Shown in pieces: positions 45,630 to 59,189 of a stretch of DNA of 64,000 nt; position 1 is the first letter of the stretch, and each line of letters begins with the position of its first letter. Both the position numbers and the translations under genes were made by a program. The notes under the pieces are model-generated. The model was not told the origin of the DNA, made no database searches, and saw only the letters and a list, made by a program, of their open reading frames with translations. Origin of the DNA: Eledone cirrhosa. Taxonomy: Eukaryota. The stretch lies in assembly GCA_964016885.1 (NCBI GenBank), contig OZ024743.1, positions 147,560,001 to 147,624,000 of the forward strand, given 5' to 3'.

Positions 45630-45762
45630 TACGGCCCTTTCCATTCTGAGTTCAAATCCCGCCGAGGTCAACTTTGCCTATCATCCTTGCGAGGTCGATA
45701 AAATAAAGAAGCAGCAATGTACTGGTTATTTGCTGGCCTTGTGCCAAAAGTAGAAACAATTA
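45630..45762 (+). mobile_element. 5'-truncated tRNA-derived SINE
   Basis: B-box, core and 3' end. Confidence 0.85.
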
Positions 45763-46052
45763 TATTAGTATTTTAGTGTGCTTGCGTTAGACATAGTTTA
45801 AAAGGCGGGAAGTTCTATCGATTAATACTAGCAGAGTTTACTTAAATTTAACTATTAATATGTTAAACAATTACATATATAACTATTACACTCACATACA
45901 CACACATACACACATGCACACATATACACACGCACACACACACACACACACATACGCACACGCAGACACACACAGACACACATACACACACACACACACA
46001 CACATACATACATACACACACACCCGCGCGCATATATATATTTTTTTTTTTG

Positions 46053-46160
46053 TTGAAATATTTACTTCTGTGTTCACAGATTGACTTTTTTAGTTTCAGA
46101 AGATCCCGTTAAGGGCGAAAGCTGCGATTCTTTGCTTAAACTTTAATCTGTTATTTTAAT

Positions 46161-46163
<3 letters not shown>
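46053..46163 (+). mobile_element. PLE 3'-end fragment with CAGAAGA hammerhead variant (46092-46142)
   Basis: Nearly identical to 30942-31050; ends in (TA)n. Confidence 0.8.
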
Positions 46164-46197
<34 letters not shown>

Positions 46198-46557
46198 CGG
46201 AACAAGTAAACATTAAACAATTTTTTAAATAAATTAAAATACGATTTAAATATTTACCTCTTCTAGTGCCATGACCGATATAAATTCAAATAGATGTGGA
46301 TGTGTCACTTTCTGCCCGGTGAATGAATCAAGCCGTTAAAATAGCCACCACACTAATGGGCCGTTAGAAAGAGCGAGAATAATAGACTAGTTTATATTTC
46401 ATGTTACTAGAAATAGCAGCATGATACAACATTCTTTTCTCAACATTAAGGACGATTCAGATAAATGATATAGATAATCCAGTAGGTACTAAGTACCCAC
46501 GGAAATATATATGGTGTCTATAATAGTCTTTGTTCCATGGTACTAATTTGAGATACA

Positions 46558-46683
<126 letters not shown>

Positions 46684-48871
46684 TGCGTGCGTGTGTGTGT
46701 CTTGTGTGTGTGTTGTGTGTGTGCCAGTATATGTGTGAGCAGCATATATTTGTATTTCTGCATACTGCTGCTCGATCGTTTCCTGATCTCTCTTGACACG
46801 ACGTGTTTCAAATCCGTTGGGATAATTCTTGCTTGCCCCGGGTCTGTCTATTGCTTCTCTGTCCACTAACACTTGCTATATTTTGTTTCACCTATAACTC
46901 ACTTTCATTGTCTCTTATAATCTTTCTCTGTGTCTAACTTAATCCGTCTCTGCCTGTTTTTCCCTTTTTATGAAACAAATTTCGATTTCCTATCACAAAT
47001 TGAGTTTGCATGTTCGATTGTGAGTTGGGTAAACGCCTGACTGGATAACACCTTTTTCATTTGAGGCAGTATGTCTCTAATATGGGACACCCTGTGCAAC
47101 TACACATCTCCCTCCTGAAGAAGGAGCCCCGGGTGATAGACTAAATGATGTAGCATATTCTGTTATTTGCTCTCCACAGTTATGCCCCTCTTATCTCGTC
47201 AGTGGTGCACACCTGAGTTATTTCTGCCTAGATAGGTGTAGAATCTGACACTTCATTCCCACTTCCCAAGTTTTCATTATTTAATCACTCTTTTTTCCTG
47301 TCCATTATGCAAGATATAAATGAAATTTTTCACCAATCTAAAATAAATAAATGATAAATAGAATTAACAGCAATCCATTTTACATTTCTCTGGTTAGAAT
47401 TGTTCTGCCTGAAACACCTTTACAACACAAATTTATATTTCACTTCATAAATTGCTTATATTATGATGTCATTGTAGGTTTAACGCATATGGCGAAGAAC
47501 ATCTTATAATGATATCAGTTCTAGTATCAGACGAGATAGTGTAAGCATTGCAGAAAATGATGTGAATAACTCCTGTGTAGAACAAAGTGTTTGGTCCGCA
47601 TCACTACTTGACAGAATTGAATGTGTTTGTCAAAGTCTACTCATTGCTATTATGTGATTTGAATGGCGTTATCGCACCTTCATAACAGTATATCACTCCT
47701 TGCAATGGTATTCCAAAACATTCTTAACCGACGGGATAAATTGCATTTTTTGTAATTAAATTGAGTAATATTGGATGCTAATAGTTATTGATATTTTGAC
47801 ACAACCATGGGCACTTACATACAGAAGGACAGATACAGACACACTGGCTTATAGACATACAAACAGACAAACACACACAAACACACACCACACTCAAATT
47901 GTTTCTGTCATTGGGTCATTTTGAGGCAGAATACTACATTGAGTCTAGACTGATTGTAGCTATCTCTAACGCATGGTTGTACATTGATTTCCCTATCTGG
48001 GCAGCATGGTTACTGATGTATCCTCCATTGAAAAGAAAGCATGAGGAGCTATTACTTAACAGACACTCTAGTTATTGAAGTGTAAGAATTGCGCTGCTCT
48101 TTAACCGACCTGGGGTTTTTTTCAGCCCCCTTCGCATTCCCCACTGCCACCCACGCTATCATTGTCTATCCATTTTGCCTCATTTCTCCCCGTTTTTGAG
48201 CACTTTTTTCCAAAAGTTGGCAGGTTTTCTTTTATGATGTGATCTCAACTCTCACCTATGTACACATTTGATTTTTATACTTCCAAGGTCAATAAAATAA
48301 GTATCGTTAGTGAATAAAATACATAGTGTGATCGATTTAATCAATCATATCTCAAAATGAAGCGGTATTCTGACACGATCAGCACAGTCTGTTAAATGAA
48401 AGCAGTAAATGAATAAAAGTGAAAACGTCTATCACTATTCTTTATTCCTCTACGTCTCCTCTTTCTTTCCTAACACTACTCCCCCTTCATTCTTACACTC
48501 AGTCGTTTCGGGTTAATATCCTTACCTAGTGGTCTTCTCTTCCCCCGGTGACGCCTCCTTCCCTTGTCCTACATACCAATTCAATTCAATTAAGATGGAG
48601 ATTAAGATAAAGTTAAATTTTAATTACCAACTAAACCTGTTTATTTACCACCTTCACATATTCAACAGATTGGTGTTTGATAAAGTAAATAGCGTGTTAA
48701 AAGGGTGATATAGTGATGGAAGAGGGGGTGACATTGTAAGTAAGACTATGAAATCTATTTCATTGTGTGTGTGTGTATATATATATATATTATTTAGAAA
48801 ACGTAAAAGAAACAAACATAAACAGAAAGATAATTCGGCTGTCTTCTGTGAATCACTGATGTTTCGAACGC

Positions 48872-48965
<94 letters not shown>

Positions 48966-48984
48966 ATATATATGTTTATCCCGG

Positions 48985-49055
48985 GTACAATCACGGACTT
49001 TCCTGATGATTTCTACCGAATGAAACAGTTCTACTCCCGTAGAAGCGTGTATTAA
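48985..49055 (+). ncRNA. Degenerate hammerhead of the 35.5-kb family
   Basis: CUGAUGA-UUUC(UACC)GAAU-GAAA-CAGU-UC; stem I imperfect. Confidence 0.55.
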
Positions 49056-49073
49056 ATATATATACATACATAT

Positions 49074-49112
<39 letters not shown>

Positions 49113-49146
49113 AATACATACATACATACATACATACATACATACA

Positions 49147-50129
<983 letters not shown>

Positions 50130-50149
50130 GTCGATCGACTATCGTCAAA

Positions 50150-50333
50150 TAGGACCGAGGAAACAATGTTTCCATTGATCTTTCCAATTGCAGATACTAT
50201 CTATCGGTTCCAACTCCTGGTAGAAGAAGCAACGTGAAATAAAGTGCCTTGCTCAAGGACATAACGCATCACTTGGTCCGGAAATTGAACTCTCAACCTC
50301 TCGATTTCGAATTCAATTCTCTAATTACTCACC

Positions 50334-50337
<4 letters not shown>
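50150..50337 (-). mobile_element. Old SINE of a second tRNA-derived family
   Basis: AAGTGCCTTGCTCAAGGACATAAC...GGAAATTGAACTC (reverse B-box). Confidence 0.55.
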
Positions 50338-50371
<34 letters not shown>

Positions 50372-50376
<5 letters not shown>

Positions 50377-50458
50377 AACCAGTAAGACCCCGACAGCTGA
50401 GCTCAAGCCGTTTCGACGGCTAATTCTGGACCTGGTTCCTTACCACATTTCCTTCGTT
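50372..50458. mobile_element. Internally deleted sister of the 42.6-kb fold-back element
   Basis: Same short inverted arm joined to the same terminal CCTGGTTCCTTACCACATTTCCTTCGTT. Confidence 0.85.
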
Positions 50459-50608
50459 ATATATATATATATATATATGCAAAGTTTTATTTAAATTGTT
50501 GGGTTAACAACGAGTAAATATTTATAACTGATATAAAAGCACTCAACAAGTATTCGGAGTATATTTACGATATTAAATAAATGGAAACTATATTTATAAA
50601 ACCATATT

Positions 50609-50674
50609 TATTTCATTATATATATTTCAGGGATATCATATTAAAAATATGTTATGCCTTCTTCAGACAACATA
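50609..50674 (-). ncRNA. Minimal hammerhead ribozyme in the inverted PLE copy
   Basis: Reverse complement of 54407-54472 with one stem I substitution. Confidence 0.75.
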
Positions 50675-52026
50675 CAATATAAACAGTCTTATAAATACAT
50701 AGATTCGACATACCTTTCAACTTCGACTTCTATTTGAAAAGTTGATTTGGTAGTGAAAAAATATTAGGGACAGTTATAAAAAGAAAGAAAGAAAAACGAA
50801 GAAAAAGAAGAAATGCATGCAACTAAATAGAGAGAGATAGATATAGAGAGATAGATATAGAGAACAAATTAATGTAAAGAAACAGAGAGAGATATATAGA
50901 GATAGGAAAAACACAGAAGGAGATAGATAGAGAGAGAGAGAAGAGAGGAGAGAGAGAGAGAGAAAATATAGAGAGATAGATAGAGATAGAGATAGAGAGA
51001 AAGAAACTAGGTAGTTGGGCACCAGTTGAATGACGTATCAATGATATATTTATTTATTTATTTATTTATTTAGCTCTAGTATTAATGTAGAGAGAGATAT
51101 ATGTGGTTAAGAGAGAAAACAGCCGTTACATAGTGAGAAAAGAAAAATATCCAGGCAAAAACGAGGCAGAATTAAAACACTATGTTTCATCAATGTAAAA
51201 ATATCAATTCGTATAAAACAGGCATTATAATGTAAATATCAGTATTCATGAATGAGACACGTATTAATAATGTGTGAAAAATAATGATCATATGTCTAGT
51301 TTAAAATTTCTAGGTTTATATTAGAGTTGAGATAAAATAGAAGGTTATCCCAGATTTTATACTATATACATCCATGTGAATTTACGTGATCAGCTCTGCA
51401 AATTCCTATTTCACACGAAAACATTCTCATTGTGCTATAAAAATTTAAGTATACATATATGTGTACATACACACAAATATATATAGTCTACATTAATTTT
51501 AACAATACTATTCATGTCTTTACTCTACATTATTATCGTTCAAGCATAAATAGAGAACAGATATCAATATATCAATAAAAATATCAGAAACAAAAAGTAA
51601 ATAAAAAACAAAAAAAACAAAAAAAAAAATAATTAAAAATAAAAATATTAAAAATATTAAAAATATTAAAATAAAAATAAAACATAGTATGCCCCGCAAA
51701 TCAACCACAGAGATCAACCCTTCAAAGTTAATTGACAATATACTGCCAAGTTCGTTATAAGCATCAGAATCAAAAGCAAACAAAACCAAAAATTATTTAC
51801 CAAATCCTGTCTAGCAGAAAACATTCCAAAGGTTTAGGATACCCACTTGATCTACAGATGGTCTTATATTTAATATAGAAGTTTATCTAGTGTAAAATTT
51901 ATTCGATATATTTGGAGGATCAGCTTTTAGGGTAGTTTAATTATTCATGAAGAATGTTTAAAATAAAAAGGAATCGAAAGATTTATCGGCGAGTTTCATA
52001 AATAATTATAAATCAAATTAAATATA

Positions 52027-54203
52027 CTACATTTTAAATTTATAATTATATTTAAAAGTTGAGTTCAATCTATGTCTGCAGCAACTCAATAAATTTGTCC
52101 GTAAATTAAGGGAATTTTTAGATTTTAGTATAAAGAATATCTCCTCCGCGCAGAGGTCACATGTCTCAGAGGATGAATTAAAAGGAATCCCTCTTGAGAC
52201 TATATTCCAAGCCGTTGAATATCCAACGTTATCATGCCTAAGTTGCCAGAGTAGGCCTGATAGTGATGTTGAGGATTTTTTGCTTGGATCTGTGAAAGAA
52301 TTCTTGTGGTTATTATAGCGAAGTTTAAATTCTGTCGAGGTGGAACCAACATAGTTAAAAGAATTTAAGTCCGTTTTAACATTACAGTTGTATATTATAT
52401 TTTTAACTAAGCAATTGTTATTTAACGGACATTTAGATCTATCTCTACAGTTACATTTGTTGACTTGGATATTATTTATGCTATTATCGGTATTTTGGCT
52501 AGGTTTTAAATTCCTATTATTTATTCTATTAATATTTTGTGCTAAATTTTTGGTGGATGAGTAGGTTAATTTTATAGTATGTCTATTGAAAATTGAGTGA
52601 TACCTATGTGTTCTAGGGAAGCGATTATCAAGAGCATTAAAAAATAGTTTAGCGATTGGGTTTTAATGTTTAGTGAGAAAGGGGGGGGGGGGCAAACCAT
52701 ATTATATTCCTAGTTCTATTTCTTTTTTGGCTTTTGGAATTATTGTAATGCTTTCTATTATAGTTGTTAAAGTTGTTGCCGTAATTAAAATTGTTGTTAT
52801 TTTGGTTAGTTTGTCTATTATTATCTATGTACATAATTTTATCACTATATCCTGCTCTAGCTAACGCTTCATTGTAATACTGGGCTTTTTCGTCGAAAAT
52901 CTTTTTATTAGATGAGATTCTAGAGATACGATTTTGAACAGAGTTTACTATAGTATTTTTAACAGATCTGGGGTGGTTAGAGTTAAAGCTGACATAGTTT
53001 AAGTTTTCATTCAACTTGTGAAATGGATAGTGAAGACATGTGTTGAGATTTAATGTTACATCTAGGAAATTGACTATTCTATGGTTATTCTCAATTTCTA
53101 TTTTTAGATTAAAGTAATTAAAAAATTGTGTAATTTGTTTTCTTTTCCTATTTAGTTCAGAGTTATTATTTTCAATAAGTAAAAGCATGTCATCTCTATA
53201 TAAACCTCCGGTAGCACCGGGTATTTTCCTATTCAGCGAATTGATTAAAAATAGGCCCACAAGGTCAGTTACCTGAGCTGAGTCGGATGATCCCATAGTA
53301 ATGTCGAAATTGTTATCTCTATCTGCTCTGGTCCATAGTTGGTCATTAAATTCTATCAGTGTTTTCCTAGCCGATAATATAATGTGCATTTCATTGCTAG
53401 TTAGGTCTGTATGTTTTAATGCGTAATTTAGTGCCTTATTTAGTAGATTAGGGGTAACAGATGAATAATAGTTAGCGATATCTAGTTGAATAAACTTATT
53501 ATTATTGTTATATTTAATTACCTTAAACCACTCAACAACCTCTCCAGTTCCCTTCCACAAGCTCAAGTTAGGTACACAATTCAAGTTTTTAATTTGCTGT
53601 ATCACTCTGTCTAGAATGTTTTTGCTTAGTTTACCCAGTCCGATTTTGATGGTGCAATCAATCTGACTGGCAGGTCATTTTCAAAATTATTTTGTGATCT
53701 TTCATATTGATCTTCGGTTTCCTGGGCACGAAAGGTTGTGTTCTGTTCTCAATTTCCAACTCATGCATTATACAAGATGCCTCAACATTCATTTTCTCAA
53801 GCTCGGCTTTATCTGCTACCTTGTACTTTTTCCTCAGTTCTTTCAGTATTAGGCCATTATACATGTCTTTTTGCACTCCATAGAGGTTGTTGGTCTTGTC
53901 AGATTTCACCAAGATCTTCTCAGTTTTCTCTAAGCTCTCAATATTATCCTTAATGCCTTTCAGATATTCCTGGCCTTTGAAGTTTCTCTTGAATTTGACT
54001 CCTTGTATGATAGAAATTATATCGTTTTCAAAGTCAAATAAAAGTTTGTTGGGGGGTGGATTTCTTTTGGATTTGAAAACTTTGTCTAAGTCCGAGACAT
54101 TTTCATTTATATTAGATTTATCAAAGTGGAATGCACGCCACCTGATTCTCCTTATAAAAGAGTCGGATTTATCTATTAATTGTTTAATAAAGTCTTTGTT
54201 TCT
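52027..54203 (-). pseudogene. Inverted, 5'-truncated, frameshifted copy of the PLE RT/GIY-YIG ORF
   Basis: ORFs 52670-53605 and 53658-53912 are near-identical to the 627-aa protein; indels near 53690, 53640 and 52680. Confidence 0.92.
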
Positions 54204-54602
54204 TTACATGAATTTCTTCTCTATATCTATCTCTCTATATCTATCTCTCTCTATTTAGTTGCATGCATTTCTTCTTTTTCTTCGTTTTTCTTTCTTTCTT
54301 TTTATAACTGTCCCTAATATTTTTTCACTACCAAATCAACTTTTCAAATAGAAGTCGAAGTTGAAAGGTATGTCGAATCTATGTATTTATAAGACTGTTT
54401 ATATTGTATTTTGTCTGAAGAAGGCATAACATATTTTTAATATGATATCCCTGAAATATATATAATGAAATAAATATGGTTTTATAAATATAGTTTCCAT
54501 TTATTTAATATCGTAAATATACTCCAAATACTTGTTGTGTGCTTTTATATCAGTTATAAATATTTACTCGTTGTTAACCCAACAATTTAAATAAAACTTT
54601 GC
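54197..54602 (+). repeat. PLE pseudo-LTR (3'-end copy placed upstream of the ORF)
   Basis: Direct repeat of 58017-58334 plus an ~88-bp extension, followed by a short leader and ATG at 54652. Confidence 0.88.
54407..54472 (+). ncRNA. Minimal type I hammerhead ribozyme in the pseudo-LTR
   Basis: UAUUUUGU-CUGAAGA-AGGCAUAACAUAUU(UUUU)AAUAUGAUAUCCCU-GAAA-UAUAUA-UA-AUGAAAUA. Confidence 0.8.
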
Positions 54603-54651
54603 ATATATCTTGCTCCAATACTGTTGAGCGCTTTATATTATAACTGGAAAA

Positions 54652-54885
54652 ATGGAATTCTTTAAGATTTCTTCCTCTTTAAAAGACATACCTCTACCTA
54701 GAAACAAAGACTTTATTAAACAATTAATAGATAAATCTGACTCTTTTATAAGGAGAATCAGGTGGCGTGCATTCCACTTTGATAAATCTAATATAAATGA
54801 AAATGTCTCGGACTTAGACAAAGTTTTCAAATCCAAAAGAAATCCACCCCCAACAAACTTTTATTTGACTTTGAAAACGATATAA
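54652..54885 (+). CDS. N-terminal part of the PLE ORF, separated from the main ORF by a 1-nt deletion at ~54850
   Basis: MEFFKISSSLKDIPLP...FIRRIRWRAFHF. The C run is C5 here and C6 in the inverted copy; C6 restores one ~740-aa frame. Confidence 0.75.
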   Translation: MEFFKISSSLKDIPLPRNKDFIKQLIDKSDSFIRRIRWRAFHFDKSNINENVSDLDKVFKSKRNPPPTNFYLTLKTI

Positions 54886-54989
54886 TTTCTATCATACAAG
54901 GAGTCAAATTCAAGAGAAACTTCAAAGGCCAGGAATATCTGAAAGGCATTAAGGATAATATTGAGAGCTTAGAGAAAACTGAGAAGATC

Positions 54990-56873
54990 TTGGTGAAATC
55001 TGACAAGACCAACAACCTCTATGGAGTGCAAAAAGACATGTATAATGGCCTAATACTGAAAGAACTGAGGAAAAAGTACAAGGTAGCAGATAAAGCCGAG
55101 CTTGAGAAAATGAATGTTGAGGCATCTTGTATAATGCATGAGTTGGAAATTGAGAACAGAACACAACCTTTCGTGCCCAGGAAACCGAAGATCAATATGA
55201 AAGATCACAAAAGTAATTTTGAAAATGACCTGCCAGTCAGATTGATTGCACCATCAAAATCGCACCTGGGTAAACTAAGCAAAAACATTCTAGACAGGGT
55301 GATACAGCAAATTAAAAACTTGAATTGTGTACCTAACTTGAGCTTGTGGAAGGGAACTGGAGAGGTTGTTGAGTGGTTTAAGGAAATTAAATATAACAAT
55401 AATAATAAGTTTATTCAACTAGATATCGCTAACTATTATTCATCTATTACCCCTAATCTACTAAATAAGGCACTAAATTACGCATTAAAACATACAGACC
55501 TAACTAGCAATGAAATGCACATTATATTATCGGCTAGGAAAACACTGATAGAATTTAATGACCAACTATGGACCAGAGCAGATAGAGATAACAATTTCGA
55601 CATTACTATGGGATCATCCGACTCAGCTCAGGTAACTGACCTTGTGGGCCTATTTTTAATCAATTCGCTGAATAGGAAAATACCCGGTGCTACCGGAGGT
55701 TTATATAGAGATGACATGCTTTTACTTATTGAAAATAATAACTCTGAACTAAATAGGAAAAGAAAACAAATTACACAATTTTTTAATTACTTTAATCTAA
55801 AAATAGAAATTGAGAATAACCATAGAATAGTCAATTTCCTAGATGTAACATTAAATCTCAACACATGTCTTCACTATCCATTTCACAAGTTGAATGAAAA
55901 CTTAAACTATGTCAGCTTTAACTCTAACCACCCCAGATCTGTTAAAAATACTATAGTAAACTCTGTTCAAAATCGTATCTCTAGAATCTCATCTAATAAA
56001 AAGATTTTCGACGAAAAAGCCCAGTATTACAATGAAGCGTTAGCTAGAGCAGGATATAGTGATAAAATTATGTACATAGATAATAATAGACAAACTAACC
56101 AAAATAACAACAATTTTAATTACTCCAACAACTTTAACAACTATAATAGAAAGCATTACAATAATTCCAAAAGCCAAAAAAGAAATAGAACTAGGAATAT
56201 AATATGGTTTGCCCCCCCTTTCTCACTAAACATTAAAACCCACATCGCTAAACTATTTTTTAATGCTCTTGATAATCGCTTCCCTAGAACACATAGGTAT
56301 CACTCAATTTTCAATAGACATACTATAAAATTAACCTACTCATCCACCAAAAATTTAGCACAAAATATTAATAGAATAAATAATAGGAATTTAAAACCTA
56401 GCCAAAATACCGATAATAGCATAAATAATATCCAAGTCAACAAATGTAACTGTAGAGATAGATCTAAATGTCCGTTAAATAACAATTGCTTAGTTAAAAA
56501 TATAATATACAACTGTAATGTTAAAACGGACTTAAATTCTTTTAACTATGTTGGTTCCACCTCGACAGAATTTAAACTTCGCTATAATAACCACAAGAAT
56601 TCTTTCACAGATCCAAGCAAAAAATCCTCAACATCACTATCAGGCCTACTCTGGCAACTTAGGCATGATAACGTTGGATATTCAACGGCTTGGAATATAG
56701 TCTCAAGAGGGATTCCTTTTAATTCATCCTCTGAGACATGTGACCTCTGCGCGGAGGAGATATTCTTTATACTAAAATCTAAAAATTCCCTTAATTTACG
56801 GACAAATTTATTGAGTTGCTGCAGACATAGATTGAACTCAACTTTTAAATATAATTATAAATTTAAAATGTAG
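54990..56873 (+). CDS. Penelope-like reverse transcriptase with C-terminal GIY-YIG endonuclease
   Basis: KSDKT, LDIANYYSSI, FDITMGS, GLYRDD, FLDV, SNHP, CNCR..CPL..CL, IIY...YVGST...FKLRYNNH, CDLC, LN.R.....CRH. Confidence 0.95.
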   Translation: MVKSDKTNNLYGVQKDMYNGLILKELRKKYKVADKAELEKMNVEASCIMHELEIENRTQPFVPRKPKINMKDHKSNFENDLPVRLIAPSKSHLGKLSKNILDRVIQQIKNLNCVPNLSLWKGTGEVVEWFKEIKYNNNNKFIQLDIANYYSSITPNLLNKALNYALKHTDLTSNEMHIILSARKTLIEFNDQLWTRADRDNNFDITMGSSDSAQVTDLVGLFLINSLNRKIPGATGGLYRDDMLLLIENNNSELNRKRKQITQFFNYFNLKIEIENNHRIVNFLDVTLNLNTCLHYPFHKLNENLNYVSFNSNHPRSVKNTIVNSVQNRISRISSNKKIFDEKAQYYNEALARAGYSDKIMYIDNNRQTNQNNNNFNYSNNFNNYNRKHYNNSKSQKRNRTRNIIWFAPPFSLNIKTHIAKLFFNALDNRFPRTHRYHSIFNRHTIKLTYSSTKNLAQNINRINNRNLKPSQNTDNSINNIQVNKCNCRDRSKCPLNNNCLVKNIIYNCNVKTDLNSFNYVGSTSTEFKLRYNNHKNSFTDPSKKSSTSLSGLLWQLRHDNVGYSTAWNIVSRGIPFNSSSETCDLCAEEIFFILKSKNSLNLRTNLLSCCRHRLNSTFKYNYKFKM

Positions 56874-58226
56874 TATATTTAATTTGATTTATAATTATTT
56901 ATGAAACTCGCCGATAAATCTTTCGATTCCTTTTTATTTTAAACATTCTTCATGAATAATTAAACTACCCTAAAAGCTGATCCTCCAAATATATCGAATA
57001 AATTTTACACTAGATAAACTTCTATATTAAATATAAGACCATCTGTAGATCAAGTGGGTATCCTAAACTTTTGGAATGTTTTCTGCTAGACAGGATTTGG
57101 TAAATAATTTTTGGTTTTGTTTGCTTTTGATTCTGATGCTTATAACGAACTTGGCAGTATATTGTCAATTAACTTTGAAGGGTTGATCTCTGTGGTTGAT
57201 TTGCGGGGCATACTATGTTTTATTTTTATTTTAATATTTTTAATATTTTTAATATTTTTATTTTTAATTATTTTTTTTTTTGTTTTTTTTGTTTTTTATT
57301 TACTTTTTGTTTCTGATATTTTTATTGATATATTGATATCTGTTCTCTATTTATGCTTGAACGATAATAATGTAGAGTAAAGACATGAATAGTATTGTTA
57401 AAATTAATGTAGACTATATATATTTGTGTGTATGTACACATATATGTATACTTAAATTTTTATAGCACAATGAGAATGTTTTCGTGTGAAATAGGAATTT
57501 GCAGAGCTGATCACGTAAATTCACATGGTTGTATATAGTATAAAATCTGGGATAACCTTCTATTTTATCTCAACTCTAATATAAACCTAGAAATTTTAAA
57601 CTAGGCATATGATCATTATTTTTCACACATTATTGATACGTGTCTCATTCATGAATACTGATATTTACATTATAATGCCTGTTTTATACGAATTGATATT
57701 TTTTACATTGATGAAACATAGTGTTTTAATTCTGCCTCGTTTTTGTCTGGATATTTTTCTTTTCTCTCTATGTAACGGCTGTTTTCGCTCTTAACCACTT
57801 ATATCTCTCTCTACATTAATACTAGAGCTAAATAAATAAATAAATAAATAAATATATCATTGATACGTCATTCAACTGGTGCCCAACTACCTAGTTTCTT
57901 TCTCTCTATCTCTATCTCTATCTATCTCTCTATATTTTCTCTCTCTCTCTCTCCTCTCTTCTCTCTCTCTCTATCTATCTCCTTCTGTGTTTTTCCTATC
58001 TCTATATATCTCTCTCTGTTTCTTTACATGAATTTCTTCTCTATATCTATCTCTCTATATCTATCTATCTCTATTTAGTTGCATGCATTTCTTCTTTTTC
58101 TTCGTTTTTCTTTCTTTCTTTTTATAACTGTCCCTAATATTTTTTCACTACCAAATCAACTTTTCAAATAGAATTCGAAGTTGAAAGGTATGTCGAATCT
58201 ATCTATTTATAAGACTGTTTATATTG

Positions 58227-58292
58227 TATTTTGTCTGAAGAAGGCATAACATATTTTTAATATGATATCCCTGAAATATATATAATGAAATA
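58227..58292 (+). ncRNA. Minimal hammerhead ribozyme at the PLE 3' end
   Basis: Same sequence as 54407-54472, 3820 nt downstream. Confidence 0.8.
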
Positions 58293-58332
58293 AATATGGT
58301 TTTATAAATATAGTTTCCATTTATTTAATATC

Positions 58333-58386
<54 letters not shown>

Positions 58387-58394
<8 letters not shown>

Positions 58395-58807
58395 AGATCA
58401 AAAGATGGTTAAAGGAGTTCAATATATTTTATTATGCGCATTTCAAAAACAAACATCATCAAACAATAATATTTGTGTTTTCATCAGATAAAACAGGAGA
58501 ACATGATATGAAGGCTAAAAAAACACTTGTTGATAGTGCAGTTTTAAATCAACATATGTTGATTTAAAACTGCACTATCAACAAGTGTTTTTTTAGCCTT
58601 CATATCATGTTCTCCTGTTTTATCTGATGAAAACACAAATATTATTGTTTGATGATGTTTGTTTTTGAAATGCGCATAATAAAATATATTGAACTCCTTT
58701 AACCATCTTTTGATCTTATATTATGCATACTCCAGTCCCACAAACTGTAGAGTGCTTCTTATCCGATATCTGCATTGCTTTATTGTACTACAATAAAACT
58801 CACCTCC

Positions 58808-58810
<3 letters not shown>
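58387..58810. mobile_element. Fold-back HHR element: 338-bp spacerless palindrome plus ~86-bp tail
   Basis: Centre at 58555/58556 (AACAT|ATGTT); arms 58387-58555 and 58556-58724; (TA)n flanks. Confidence 0.92.
58616..58686 (+). ncRNA. Minimal hammerhead ribozyme (mirror copy on the minus strand at 58425-58495)
   Basis: UGUUUUAU-CUGAUGA-stem II-GAAA-UGCGCA-UA-AUAAAAUA; palindromic stem III. Confidence 0.85.
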
Positions 58811-58866
<56 letters not shown>

Positions 58867-58993
58867 CCCTCTAATGTGTGTCGAAAGATTTCCACGAACT
58901 AACCAATAACTAATAATGATAAAGCTGAAGTGTAAGTCAATTATTGTGTGTGTTTTCATTGGCAAAATGGGCATCATGACCATTCGAAAATAT

Positions 58994-59077
<84 letters not shown>

Positions 59078-59189
59078 ATATTAAATAATATCATTGTTAA
59101 TTAAATGTGAAATTGAAGTGGAAGATTTTTTATCCGATCTAATAAATGTGTGTTTATGTTTATACCAGCGTTCTTTGAATTTTGTAGTC

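Larger units (their letters stand above)
50478..58334. mobile_element. Penelope-like element (Hydra-clade-like): head-to-head inverted pair with pseudo-LTR, inserted in (TA)n
   Basis: 50566-54203 is the reverse complement of 54700-58334, and 50478-50565 matches 54515-54602. 54197-54514 directly repeats 58017-58334. (TA)n flanks both ends. Confidence 0.93.

Noticed and set aside
57111-57380. 89-aa hydrophobic ORF (mirror at 51520-51789)
   Set aside because: T-rich low-complexity PLE 3' UTR; it appears twice only because of the inverted duplication.
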